Positions 40,317-49,535 of a stretch of DNA of 64,000 bases are shown here, piece by piece. The number at the start of each line of letters is the position of its first letter. Within the stretch, counting starts at the first letter, position 1. Under the pieces are notes generated by a model, which was not told the origin of the DNA, did no database searches, and saw only the letters and a program-made list of their open reading frames with translations. The position numbers and the translations under genes are program-made. The stretch is from Escherichia phage vB_EcoP_SU10, in the sequence record NC_027395.1. The stretch is one strand, 5' to 3'.

Positions 40317-41519
40317 TTAGTAGTTTACAACAGTGCCATCATTCAGGGTAAGGCTGTTAATCTGCAACACACGACCAAGCTGGCGATCACTAATCGGTGC
40401 GTTCCACCCAGAGCGGTAGAAGTTACGACCACAGAAGAACAAGATCACATTACTTGCTACAGTTGAACCATTCTCAGGATGCTTGATATTAGCGATATAA
40501 TAACCACGACGTAAAGTACGACGGGTTACCGGGTTGATTTCTAATCCTTGTTCTTCAACCTGCATTGTTTCAGGAACAGGTTCCGATGATTCTTCAACAA
40601 CCGGCTCAGAGCTTTCCGCTGATAGTGCGAAATTCTCATCATCTGCTGATTCAGCAAACTCTTCCACTTCTTCAATAGGCAGTTCGTAAGCAACGCGGTA
40701 GTCAGGATCAACACCAGAGAAACTCTTAACAAACTCAACGATGTTGTGAGTGTAAGTTTCCAGAGTTGTTCCAGTCAGGCCCGGAGCTGTATTAACTTCC
40801 AGAACCCAAGCGTTAGTACCTTTGCTAATCAGGTCAACAGCACCGAAGTTCAAACCCAGAGCAGATACAGCTTTGTGGGCTTGAATCAGAACCTGATCAG
40901 GTGGCGCATCTTGGAAGTTTGAGGAATAAACCCAACCAGTATGATGGTTTCGAACGTCTTCACGATAGGAAGGATCTTCACGATAACCATTACGGCGAAT
41001 CTTTTTCTGAACATAGGTGATAACACCTTCAAACACATGAACACGCCATTCACGACGTGGGCCTAGAATGCCACGGGTATAGAGAGGGGCGGGAGCTACA
41101 CCTTCACCCTGAAGACGAACAGTGATACCTTCTCCAGAATGACCATTCAGAATAGCACGTTCATAAACAACACTATCCAGAGTCCACTCTGAAGCCTGAG
41201 CAGCACTGTCTGTGTATTCTACAGTATGTACCCCAGCAGCTTCCAAAGTTTGAAATGCTGTCATTTTGTTAGCGGCTCGGTTCAAGGCAACCACAGAGTT
41301 CAATACAGTTGCACCGCCAAAGAAAGCATCATTATATCGACGGTTTCCATAGTTGACAACAATATCACCAACTCGAGAACGATAACGAGAGCCTTCTGAT
41401 ACCAGAGACATTACGTTAGCATTTAAGCGAAGTTCCTGAATCTTAGTGTCAATTGCAGAAGTAAGTTCACGAACTGAATCAGAAGGGCCATAAGGAAGAA
41501 CACGGATACGAGTAGTCAT
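40317..41519 (-). CDS. ATP-grasp ligase
   Basis: WVLEVNTAPGLTG matches the E-x-N-x-x-P-G motif of ATP-grasp enzymes (RimK, D-Ala-D-Ala ligase). Confidence 0.65.
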   Translation of the reverse strand: MTTRIRVLPYGPSDSVRELTSAIDTKIQELRLNANVMSLVSEGSRYRSRVGDIVVNYGNRRYNDAFFGGATVLNSVVALNRAANKMTAFQTLEAAGVHTVEYTDSAAQASEWTLDSVVYERAILNGHSGEGITVRLQGEGVAPAPLYTRGILGPRREWRVHVFEGVITYVQKKIRRNGYREDPSYREDVRNHHTGWVYSSNFQDAPPDQVLIQAHKAVSALGLNFGAVDLISKGTNAWVLEVNTAPGLTGTTLETYTHNIVEFVKSFSGVDPDYRVAYELPIEEVEEFAESADDENFALSAESSEPVVEESSEPVPETMQVEEQGLEINPVTRRTLRRGYYIANIKHPENGSTVASNVILFFCGRNFYRSGWNAPISDRQLGRVLQINSLTLNDGTVVNY

Positions 41520-41521
41520 TG

Positions 41522-41746
41522 TTAGATACCTTTAAGTTTAAGAATTTCGTTACGAGTTTTTTGAATCTGAGCTTCAATTTCGAAGTAGTCGTTGAACGCA
41601 TCGTTCTCTACTTCATCGGATGGTGCATCAATCAGACCGAAAGCGAACGGATACAGCTTTCGCTGCTCCGTTACTAGTTCGATATGAACTCCTATGTAAT
41701 ACTGTAGGAGAGTAATCTTCGGTTTCTTAGGAACCAGATTTGACAT
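41522..41746 (-). CDS. small protein between ATP-grasp and amidotransferase genes
   Basis: 74 aa; start 2 nt after upstream stop. Confidence 0.4.
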   Translation of the reverse strand: MSNLVPKKPKITLLQYYIGVHIELVTEQRKLYPFAFGLIDAPSDEVENDAFNDYFEIEAQIQKTRNEILKLKGI

Positions 41747-41960
41747 GAGGTTCTACCTTAATGCCTTTGATTTTTACATAATCAGCAAGCACGTTGTTGA
41801 TCACCGTTGGGAAAGGAACCTCAACCTGTGTTTCAAGTACTTGACCAATACCAGCTTGCATCCACTTTTGGATTGCACGAAGGTTATCACATCCTGTGCT
41901 CGTCATCGGGATACGTCGAGTAGTTACAACGTTATCCAGCATCATCTTACGAATTTCCAT
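41727..41960 (-). CDS. small protein between ATP-grasp and amidotransferase genes
   Basis: 77 aa; start 2 nt after amidotransferase stop (TAA-GT-ATG). Confidence 0.4.
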   Translation of the reverse strand: MEIRKMMLDNVVTTRRIPMTSTGCDNLRAIQKWMQAGIGQVLETQVEVPFPTVINNVLADYVKIKGIKVEPHVKSGS

Positions 41961-41962
41961 AC

Positions 41963-43993
41963 TTAACCTCTATTCAATGAACATTTAGGGGAATTACAAT
42001 AAACTTGATTCATAGAACCAAGCGTACAACTTTCAGCATCGCGCCACGGAATCTGCTTAAAACACTCTGAGCAGTAGCCGAGGGTTGACCACATGGCTTT
42101 GGTGAAGTCAGTGCTTCGGTTTCCGTCGAAGCTGACAACAGTTTTGCGGAGAGTTGTTCGTGATTCAGGAAACACACCTGCTTTCTCAGCAGGTTCCTCC
42201 TTTTTTGGCTTAGTTGAGATTGCAAAAATACTGTTGCTACGTTTCTCAACATAAGCATCAACAACATCCTCCAGAGTGATGCCTGTCTGTTTCGCTGAGG
42301 AAGGTAATACAGTCATACGACCGATCATATCTTCAGTTACACGTAAAGCAAATTCAGGACGACGGGCGTTTGTTGTATCTGTTGCTTTAATCCAGATATA
42401 ACCATCTTTGATCGTAGCATTAGATACTTTCTTCTTTACTTCTACAGCGCAGACTTTACAGATATCTTCACCACGAAGACGACTGAGTTCCTCATCAAAC
42501 TCATTCTCTGTTTTAACTTCACCACAGATTTCACAAACACCAATAGGAGTCTCCTCCTCTTCTTCCTCTTTAGGTTTAGTCAAACCTTCCAGACATTCAG
42601 GATGCCAGTAGCACTGATATGCGAAGACTGCTTTAGGTGCATCCTTCCAATCAATGTGCTTATCACAACCACCACAATCGCCATGAGAGTGTGCTTCCCA
42701 GAATTTACGAGTGATAGTAACACCATTCTTGTTGACGAAACTATCATTCATATCAAAAGGGATATCATCATCAAAGTCAGCAGTAGTAGACTCAGGCTCC
42801 TTTTTCTCCAGAGATGGGTCAACAAAACGACCTGCTGTGATCACTAAGCGAACCATAGCATTAACTTCGGAGATGCAGGATACTGTCCCACGGTAAACAA
42901 TTTTAGGGTCTTTCAGGGCATCCTGATAAGCCTTAATGTCTACGTTATGAACATCACCTTCGATATACTCTTGAGACTTCTCATCGTAGATATAACCAAT
43001 CATCTTACCACGAGAAGGAACAGCACCAGCAGTTGCATAAGGAACAAACTCATGCGGAGTGATTTCCACAGTCATATCTCGGCGAATGTCAATGTTTCGA
43101 TCGCTTGCGATTTTGTTTTGACTTACCACTGCGTTTCTTCGACGAACGTCTGCCGCTGTCACTCCCGGCTTCGTGTCGTAAGGATTGCTTGTATTGCTTT
43201 TTGAGGAACTTTGATAGTTGCTTTGGCTGTAGTTGTTCGAGTAATAACTGCCCCAACGATTGGCTACCGTAAAAACCGGAAGCTCGTGGGCGACCTCTTC
43301 AACCAGAGTCATGCTGTTGTTTGACATATCAAAGATATATTCTGTACCAACTTTACATTCAAAATGCTCATCAATACGGTTCTTGTGAGATCTAGAACGC
43401 TTCAGAATCCACATCAACATGTCTTCTTCAGAAGCACCAAACCAATCTCTGTTACAACGTGCGAGGTGGAATGGACGCTCTTCGTTACGGATGATATGAA
43501 GACGGTTATCAGAAGCATCATGCCAGATTAAGGTGAAAGCACCATCCAGCTTTTGAATAGTCTCTGCTGCACCAATAGTGTTAATAGAGTGGCAGATGTT
43601 CTCACTGTCTACCTCGAAGTTTTTGCTGTCAGGTAACAGATCTTGGTCCATCAAGGTTCCATTATGAACCAGAGTGATGTTACCATGTTGGAAAGGATGG
43701 GCGTTCTTGGCGTTAACTGCACCTTTCGTTGCATGACGACTGTGACCAACAATCCATGAAGGTGCTACAGTGTAAGCTGTTTCACCAGTGGTGTGCTTCT
43801 TGTACTCATCTTGTAGGATGAATGCGAAAGAAGGAAGAGCTTCTTTATAAGTGAAGACTTCCTTAGTACTTTTACGCTGACCAAAGATACCGGAGGAATG
43901 TTGTCCTCGGAATACTCCAGCATAAAAGAGTTGGTTAAATACGTCTAAATCAGTGCTTGACAGATTACCGCCAGCTAATACGATGCCACAAAT
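41963..43993 (-). CDS. class II (Ntn) glutamine amidotransferase fused to a Cys-rich C-terminal domain; apparent non-canonical (ATT) start
   Basis: Hand translation upstream of track start gives (I)CGIVLAGGNL...FRGQHSSGIFG ... HATKGAVNAKNAHPFQHGNITLVHNGTL, like PurF/GlmS N-termini; C-terminus has several CxxC pairs. Confidence 0.7.
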   Translation of the reverse strand: MCGIVLAGGNLSSTDLDVFNQLFYAGVFRGQHSSGIFGQRKSTKEVFTYKEALPSFAFILQDEYKKHTTGETAYTVAPSWIVGHSRHATKGAVNAKNAHPFQHGNITLVHNGTLMDQDLLPDSKNFEVDSENICHSINTIGAAETIQKLDGAFTLIWHDASDNRLHIIRNEERPFHLARCNRDWFGASEEDMLMWILKRSRSHKNRIDEHFECKVGTEYIFDMSNNSMTLVEEVAHELPVFTVANRWGSYYSNNYSQSNYQSSSKSNTSNPYDTKPGVTAADVRRRNAVVSQNKIASDRNIDIRRDMTVEITPHEFVPYATAGAVPSRGKMIGYIYDEKSQEYIEGDVHNVDIKAYQDALKDPKIVYRGTVSCISEVNAMVRLVITAGRFVDPSLEKKEPESTTADFDDDIPFDMNDSFVNKNGVTITRKFWEAHSHGDCGGCDKHIDWKDAPKAVFAYQCYWHPECLEGLTKPKEEEEEETPIGVCEICGEVKTENEFDEELSRLRGEDICKVCAVEVKKKVSNATIKDGYIWIKATDTTNARRPEFALRVTEDMIGRMTVLPSSAKQTGITLEDVVDAYVEKRSNSIFAISTKPKKEEPAEKAGVFPESRTTLRKTVVSFDGNRSTDFTKAMWSTLGYCSECFKQIPWRDAESCTLGSMNQVYCNSPKCSLNRG

Positions 43994-44072
43994 TTTCTAA
44001 TCCACCTGAAGGGTAAACCCTTTCATCTAATTAACCTTTAAATTGTGCCCCTTTGTCAGAGGCACCCATTGA

Positions 44073-45176
44073 TTACAGCGCTTGCTCTAACTGATTTTCC
44101 AGATGGTCTGGAATGTACCCTGTGATATTGCTATCACTGTGACCAGACTCACGTAGTAAGTCAAAAATAGCACGAATACGTTGTTCTGGAGCGTGTCTTA
44201 CTTGAGATAGGTCTGCTGTACGAAGCATAACCAAAATCTCTTGATACAAGTTGTTAGCGTTCCCTCGAACATATCCAAGGAATCCATAGAAGTCTGACAT
44301 AAGACGTAAGTCAACAAGAACCTCTCCGTTGGAGTTGGTTCGACGTAAACGAATACGACCAGACTGTTCTACTTCATGAGAACGGCAATACAAAACATCA
44401 CGGGCCATACAATAACCTGAATGCAAATCAGATTCATCCAGATTGTAATCCAGAGGAAGGTAAGGAAGCATTGGGGCAAATCGTACAGTATTTAAATGCT
44501 CAATAAACTGATCATTGCTCATCTCTGCGTTATCTAAAGCCAGCTTCTTCAACATCAAGAAGCGGTTAACCAGATTGAGAAGTTGACCACGTTTCCACTT
44601 AGGCTCACTGATACGGAACTCAATTGAACCGTATTGGGCAAGTGGCAGAAGGTTCAGAGATGTATATTTATCCCATGAACGAACCAGACGGTTGAAGAAT
44701 TCTTCACCATCGTAGTTAAATGCGTCAGAGGCATTCATTACCTGTGCTTGTACCACTGCAAACGCAGGGCAGAAATTGCTACGGTAACGATGGTAGCCTG
44801 AACACTTGAACAGCATCTTTTCATAGAAGGTCCAAGCAAGGATGGTCTTCTTGAGGATATTACTATCAGCATCCCTCATATCCATATGAACGTGAGTAGA
44901 GCAACGCCAAGTCCCCTCGGCGTGCGATTCAGCTACTGCTTCACTCAGGTTGTTGATAGCGTCTAACAACTCCTGTCCGTTGTAAGGTCGTGAACATACC
45001 ATTTCACAACCATTACGCAGGGAACCATCCTCTGTGCAATCCCACATATCTGCTTCGATATGTTCAGAACCTTCGAGTTCAAGTTCAATACCGACACCGC
45101 ACTGAAGTGCAATTGAACTATGCGCCTCAGTTAAACGACCTTCTCGATATCCAAAAGTTTGCGCTACAGTTGTCAT
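44073..45176 (-). CDS. glutamine-synthetase-like amidoligase (carboxylate-amine ligase)
   Basis: GVGIELELEG near N-terminus and WRCSTHVHMD; resembles GCS2/amidoligase E-x-E and HVH motifs. Confidence 0.55.
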   Translation of the reverse strand: MTTVAQTFGYREGRLTEAHSSIALQCGVGIELELEGSEHIEADMWDCTEDGSLRNGCEMVCSRPYNGQELLDAINNLSEAVAESHAEGTWRCSTHVHMDMRDADSNILKKTILAWTFYEKMLFKCSGYHRYRSNFCPAFAVVQAQVMNASDAFNYDGEEFFNRLVRSWDKYTSLNLLPLAQYGSIEFRISEPKWKRGQLLNLVNRFLMLKKLALDNAEMSNDQFIEHLNTVRFAPMLPYLPLDYNLDESDLHSGYCMARDVLYCRSHEVEQSGRIRLRRTNSNGEVLVDLRLMSDFYGFLGYVRGNANNLYQEILVMLRTADLSQVRHAPEQRIRAIFDLLRESGHSDSNITGYIPDHLENQLEQAL

Positions 45177-45790
45177 AACGAATCCACCAACGTAATATTA
45201 TAATTGCTAAGGTTTTCAGAAATGTGATGAAAGTGTTCCAGAAGTCGCATCGGTTGCTGACCGTAAGAGTCACGAGGTGCTTCCAGATCTACTTGTCCTA
45301 CCAGTGCACCTTTATAATGCACTTTACCATCTGTAGGATTGATGTAAATATAACGAGTAACCAATCCATCAAATTCAGGATTGAACAGACTGTAAACCAT
45401 TTCACCAGAGATCGAACGACCAATCCCCGGAGCGTTTCGAATCTTGTTACCCATCAAACCCTTCGCTCTCTGACGAACAGGATTGATATGAGTCCAGCTT
45501 ACAGTGTTACCGTTATGGAACAGATAACCAACATCAGGCGATTCAAGAATCAAGGTTGGGTCGAACACTGGAATATTCATCGTAGTGTTTCGGAGATTCC
45601 CATGCTCGTTCTTGTACCACTGCTCTACAACAAAATACAGAGCCTGTTCTGCTTCATGCGAGAAGTCATCGCTGCGGAAGTTACCGCTCTGCTCAACACC
45701 AATCACAAAACACGGAAGGTTGATATTGCCTGCTCGTTTAGCAATCCATGTACCATTATAGTAATGAGAAAAATCAGCTACTAAGCTCAC
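45173..45790 (-). CDS. hypothetical protein in amidoligase operon
   Basis: 205 aa, overlaps neighbours by 4 nt. Confidence 0.5.
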   Translation of the reverse strand: MSLVADFSHYYNGTWIAKRAGNINLPCFVIGVEQSGNFRSDDFSHEAEQALYFVVEQWYKNEHGNLRNTTMNIPVFDPTLILESPDVGYLFHNGNTVSWTHINPVRQRAKGLMGNKIRNAPGIGRSISGEMVYSLFNPEFDGLVTRYIYINPTDGKVHYKGALVGQVDLEAPRDSYGQQPMRLLEHFHHISENLSNYNITLVDSL

Positions 45791-45799
45791 GATAACCTC

Positions 45800-46606
45800 T
45801 TATGCTACCTGAAGGAGTTTGATCTGCTGGTCAGCTTCTTTAACGTTGTTCCCGTTAATGATTTCATGAAGCTTCTCAATCGGAAGGCGAGAGTGCAATG
45901 CCATCAGAGTGGACATATCACACTGCTGAACAACCTTGTCAACCTGATCGTAAACAAACTTACGGTTTTCACGATCACTAATCCAGAAGTTAGACAGAGA
46001 ACGGTATTCAATACCATAGTCTTTATAACGGATTGCAGATGCTTTACCGTAGAGTTCTTTACGGCGAGTATCTTTGTCCATAATCACTGCTGGGAGAGAC
46101 AGGAAGTAGTCACACAGCACACCCAGCATCATCTGAGTTTGCAGAGTGATATCCAAAGCACCAACTACGCCAAGATGTACGTGACCACCGGCAGTACGAA
46201 GTCCCTTATTCTGAGAAGTCGGGGATGGGTTTTTCTGACCAGTGAAGGCGTTGAAATCAGGAGTGCACCCGAAGATGAACGCTGATTCATTAAAGGTCTT
46301 CATCTCTTCTTCAGTGAAGATGTGAGAGCTAACACCCGGAGCTGTTTCCATGTCCAGTTTGTTCAGGACATTATTGGTGAGATCGATACCACGTTGCATG
46401 TTATCGTTAAACGCTTCAAAACCGCTCTGTGGGTCAATATCAAACTCAGCCAGTACGTTGTCCTCTTGGAGACGAACATCCTTAGCCAGAGCGATCTTAT
46501 CGTCCTTAGAGCAGCCTAATAAACCGGCTACAGAAGTGATGATACCATTTCTAGTACGAACAAACATTTCAGGGTCAGAGCCGATAAGGAATTTGCGCTT
46601 AGTCAT
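45800..46606 (-). CDS. second amidoligase-like protein
   Basis: KFLIGSDPEMF N-terminal acidic motif and TAGGHVHLGVVG, same motif arrangement as 44073..45176. Confidence 0.45.
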   Translation of the reverse strand: MTKRKFLIGSDPEMFVRTRNGIITSVAGLLGCSKDDKIALAKDVRLQEDNVLAEFDIDPQSGFEAFNDNMQRGIDLTNNVLNKLDMETAPGVSSHIFTEEEMKTFNESAFIFGCTPDFNAFTGQKNPSPTSQNKGLRTAGGHVHLGVVGALDITLQTQMMLGVLCDYFLSLPAVIMDKDTRRKELYGKASAIRYKDYGIEYRSLSNFWISDRENRKFVYDQVDKVVQQCDMSTLMALHSRLPIEKLHEIINGNNVKEADQQIKLLQVA

Positions 46607-47570
46607 TGTAATACTCCACTAGTTCAGAAAAGAGAGATGAGATTGTGTTACCAACTTCTTCAAGAGTAAGACCGGAATCTGCTCCAGTTCTTTGAATCAG
46701 TCGGGCTGTAAAGTTTTGTACTGTAATGTTTCCCAACTTGTCGTCTATTGCTTCACGTTTGTGACCATAACAGTTGGACCAGAGTCTTAACCACTCTGAC
46801 ATTGTTTCATACTCGTCCGGGTCTTGATCTTTAGCACGAGCAAATCTTCGTAAGGCACCTTGGTTATGGTTACGAACATAACCATTCTCGTTGTCGCCAA
46901 CACCGAAGGGGTTTTGAACCCATACTTGCTTCGTGTATTCATCAGAGTCTACAACCAAAGGAAGGAATGCTGCTGCTGACATATTGTTGTTAATAACAAT
47001 AGAGGTGCTCTCACTACTCCCATTGGCTCTTCCTCGTTGAGACCATCCACCGAAGAAGTCACGACCCAACCCAGCTAACACTAGAGCGATTCCGATGCGT
47101 TTACGCTTCAGCCACTCTTCCCTGTCTTCAATTCCTTCTGCTAGGAAATCCATTCCACGATATTGCCCTTCCAGAATACTACGAAAGAGCATAAGTCCTG
47201 TGAAGATCTGATCTGCTGGATGCTCACGAAGGTTGACAGCAACACTATTCGCTGAAGTGATCGTAAATACGTCACGATAGCAAGACATGGAGTTCATAAT
47301 GTCTGCTGTTTCAACCAAGTTCTTTTCAATATCAGATGCAACATGACCATGAAAAGAGTGAGTCCAGTAATTCAACATCTCCAGTTGCAAGTTGATATCA
47401 CGGTTGAAGCGACGATAGCGCCCCTCTTCCGTGATAACTTCACCATTAATGTCATTTACACACTGGCCTTGCATGTAGTTGTGGATACCGAAGCACCCAC
47501 GACCTAAGAACTTCTGTTCCCCTAAATCCTGTTGAAGATTAAGAGGTACGATCGTTGTGGAGATTGACAT
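46599..47570 (-). CDS. hypothetical protein in amidoligase operon
   Basis: 323 aa. Confidence 0.5.
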   Translation of the reverse strand: MSISTTIVPLNLQQDLGEQKFLGRGCFGIHNYMQGQCVNDINGEVITEEGRYRRFNRDINLQLEMLNYWTHSFHGHVASDIEKNLVETADIMNSMSCYRDVFTITSANSVAVNLREHPADQIFTGLMLFRSILEGQYRGMDFLAEGIEDREEWLKRKRIGIALVLAGLGRDFFGGWSQRGRANGSSESTSIVINNNMSAAAFLPLVVDSDEYTKQVWVQNPFGVGDNENGYVRNHNQGALRRFARAKDQDPDEYETMSEWLRLWSNCYGHKREAIDDKLGNITVQNFTARLIQRTGADSGLTLEEVGNTISSLFSELVEYYND

Positions 47571-47580
47571 AACTAACCTT

Positions 47581-48780
47581 TTATTTTCCTAAAAACAATC
47601 CGCTCATAATACCATCCCACTCAGAGGATGGAATCACTGAATACTCCGAACTTTGGTCCAGAGTCCCACTACTGAATCGCTGAACAATATTATAAATATT
47701 GAAAAAATCCTTAGTCTCAGCGCGATAAGCGTAGACTAATTTGTCAGCCGTTCTTTCATCTTTAGAAACTCGACGAGCAAAGGTAACCAGAAGATTGTCA
47801 CCTTTGAGCATTTCTGACCCATCTTTTACTAAATCAGGGTGCATCACTGGCAAGAACATTGAGTTGTTCACTCGTAATTCTGCTGTTTCATCATTCTCAT
47901 AATGAATCCACTTAAAATCTTCATCACGAAAGTGACCGCACCCATCTCTGTATGACTGTTGACGCCAAGGCACTTGAAATGCTTCAGCGTATTTATCAGC
48001 CATGCCGACTGTAAATAGCGACGCTGGAAAGATACAAGCATCCCAATCATTACCAACCAGAGTTGCTTTCGTTTCGCCCAAGAGGTTAGTGTAAGTGCTA
48101 ACCATTCGTGAGTAAACATAAGCCTGAAGGATTGTCCAGCCTTCAACCAACCATTTATGGAGGAAGGTTTCAACTTGACTCTCTTCATCTTCATAATAGA
48201 AGGTTCGGTCTAACATCAAATAGAACAGACAACGATCAGCAGGGATATTCTCAGTTGCTACCCCCATAAAACCTTTATCGTGCCAGCGTAAACAGGAGGG
48301 ACGATCTTTGTCCACAAATGCTTCCATAGCTTCCAGTACAGCACGAGGTGTGGTTCGATGTTCAGGGTTTTTGTCGTTCCAACGTTCGATGTTATTCTTG
48401 GGAGGTGTGTCTTCATCTTCATACGAACACCAACTTAAAGCTTCAGCTACATGCTTTTCATCACGCCAACGTCTAAAACCTAACATCTTCATATGAGTTC
48501 CGGAGTTCCAGATATGCTTGATTTTACACATATCCATCTCTCGGCTTAACAAGAATTCTTCCCCGTCAGCACTACGAACGTTGGCTTCTTCATGCCACAC
48601 TCGAACGTGCATATTCCATCCATGAGTTGCCTCATACATGTTAGGGTCGAAGTAGTCATCATCTTCATCGTCGTTTTCATCAACGCCGCCATTATAGTTG
48701 CGAAGTTGAAGGAACCCATAACAAGGGGGGTTGACCGTTAAAACATTACCTTCAGTATCTTCTAATGTTACTGGAAACAT
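47581..48780 (-). CDS. hypothetical protein in amidoligase operon
   Basis: 399 aa with acidic stretch DENDDEDDDYFD. Confidence 0.5.
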   Translation of the reverse strand: MFPVTLEDTEGNVLTVNPPCYGFLQLRNYNGGVDENDDEDDDYFDPNMYEATHGWNMHVRVWHEEANVRSADGEEFLLSREMDMCKIKHIWNSGTHMKMLGFRRWRDEKHVAEALSWCSYEDEDTPPKNNIERWNDKNPEHRTTPRAVLEAMEAFVDKDRPSCLRWHDKGFMGVATENIPADRCLFYLMLDRTFYYEDEESQVETFLHKWLVEGWTILQAYVYSRMVSTYTNLLGETKATLVGNDWDACIFPASLFTVGMADKYAEAFQVPWRQQSYRDGCGHFRDEDFKWIHYENDETAELRVNNSMFLPVMHPDLVKDGSEMLKGDNLLVTFARRVSKDERTADKLVYAYRAETKDFFNIYNIVQRFSSGTLDQSSEYSVIPSSEWDGIMSGLFLGK

Positions 48781-48791
48781 TATACCAACCT

Positions 48792-49154
48792 CTATTGGTT
48801 TTTAATCAACTCAATCGATTTACGAATATAAAGAATATCTCGGAAGTTTCGATAGTTGTTCATAAATTGATGCTTCTGGAAAGTAGCTTCTTCCAGAGCT
48901 TTCTTTGCGTCTGCGTAGCTTTTACGGGCAAGATGTACAACCCGTTCTGGTAACATGTTTGCATGACGGATGACATACTTGTGAGCTTTCATGTTGCTTT
49001 GCTCACGAGCAATCTTACCTTTAGCAACTTTGATACCATTTGCAATCCAAGCAAGTTCTTGCTCAAGCTCATCGTTGGACATTCCACCGAGGTTTGATGC
49101 AACCTTGTTCAGAGTTTCAATATTAACGTTGCCCTTGATGGGACGTGTATTCAT
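48792..49154 (-). CDS. hypothetical protein, first large ORF of operon
   Basis: 120 aa. Confidence 0.45.
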   Translation of the reverse strand: MNTRPIKGNVNIETLNKVASNLGGMSNDELEQELAWIANGIKVAKGKIAREQSNMKAHKYVIRHANMLPERVVHLARKSYADAKKALEEATFQKHQFMNNYRNFRDILYIRKSIELIKNQ

Positions 49155-49326
49155 ACTTACTCCTGTTGTTTACACTCGTCAATAACCCACTGATAAGTGG
49201 ATTGCCCAGAAAAGAAACACTGAATAAATCCAGATGTTCTCTGCGTTACTAGTGCTAGTGAACAAATCACTACCGCTGCTGCTAGCAGTTTTAAATCTAA
49301 TTTAGACATATTTCCTCTCTTTGAAT

Positions 49327-49353
49327 TTAAAAAAGGACTCTCCGAAAAGAGTC
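49327..49353 (-). terminator. intrinsic terminator or attenuator upstream of the amidoligase operon
   Basis: - strand GACTCTT-TTCG-GAGAGTC then CTTTTTT, ~25 nt before the RBS of a small leader ORF. Confidence 0.5.
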
Positions 49354-49535
49354 AAGCTTTAAATACAAAAAGATATTACCCAATATCTGTGGATAACCTG
49401 CTCTTAAAATATCTATCCGACGGATGTTCGAGGAATATTCCTCTCCCTAGCATCGGCCCCATACGGGAAATATATTAAGATTAGGTTAGTTGAGTCAGAA
49501 TAACTCACATAGCCCTCCGAAGAAGGCTATAGATG

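Noticed and set aside
49441-49460. GCTAGGGAGAG as a T7-type single-subunit RNAP promoter (also at 54911-54921)
   Set aside because: It resembles the GGGAGA start region but lacks the upstream TAATACGACTCACTATA-like part; no single-subunit RNAP gene is in the window, a phage sigma factor is present, and copy 1 sits just upstream of a terminator hairpin.
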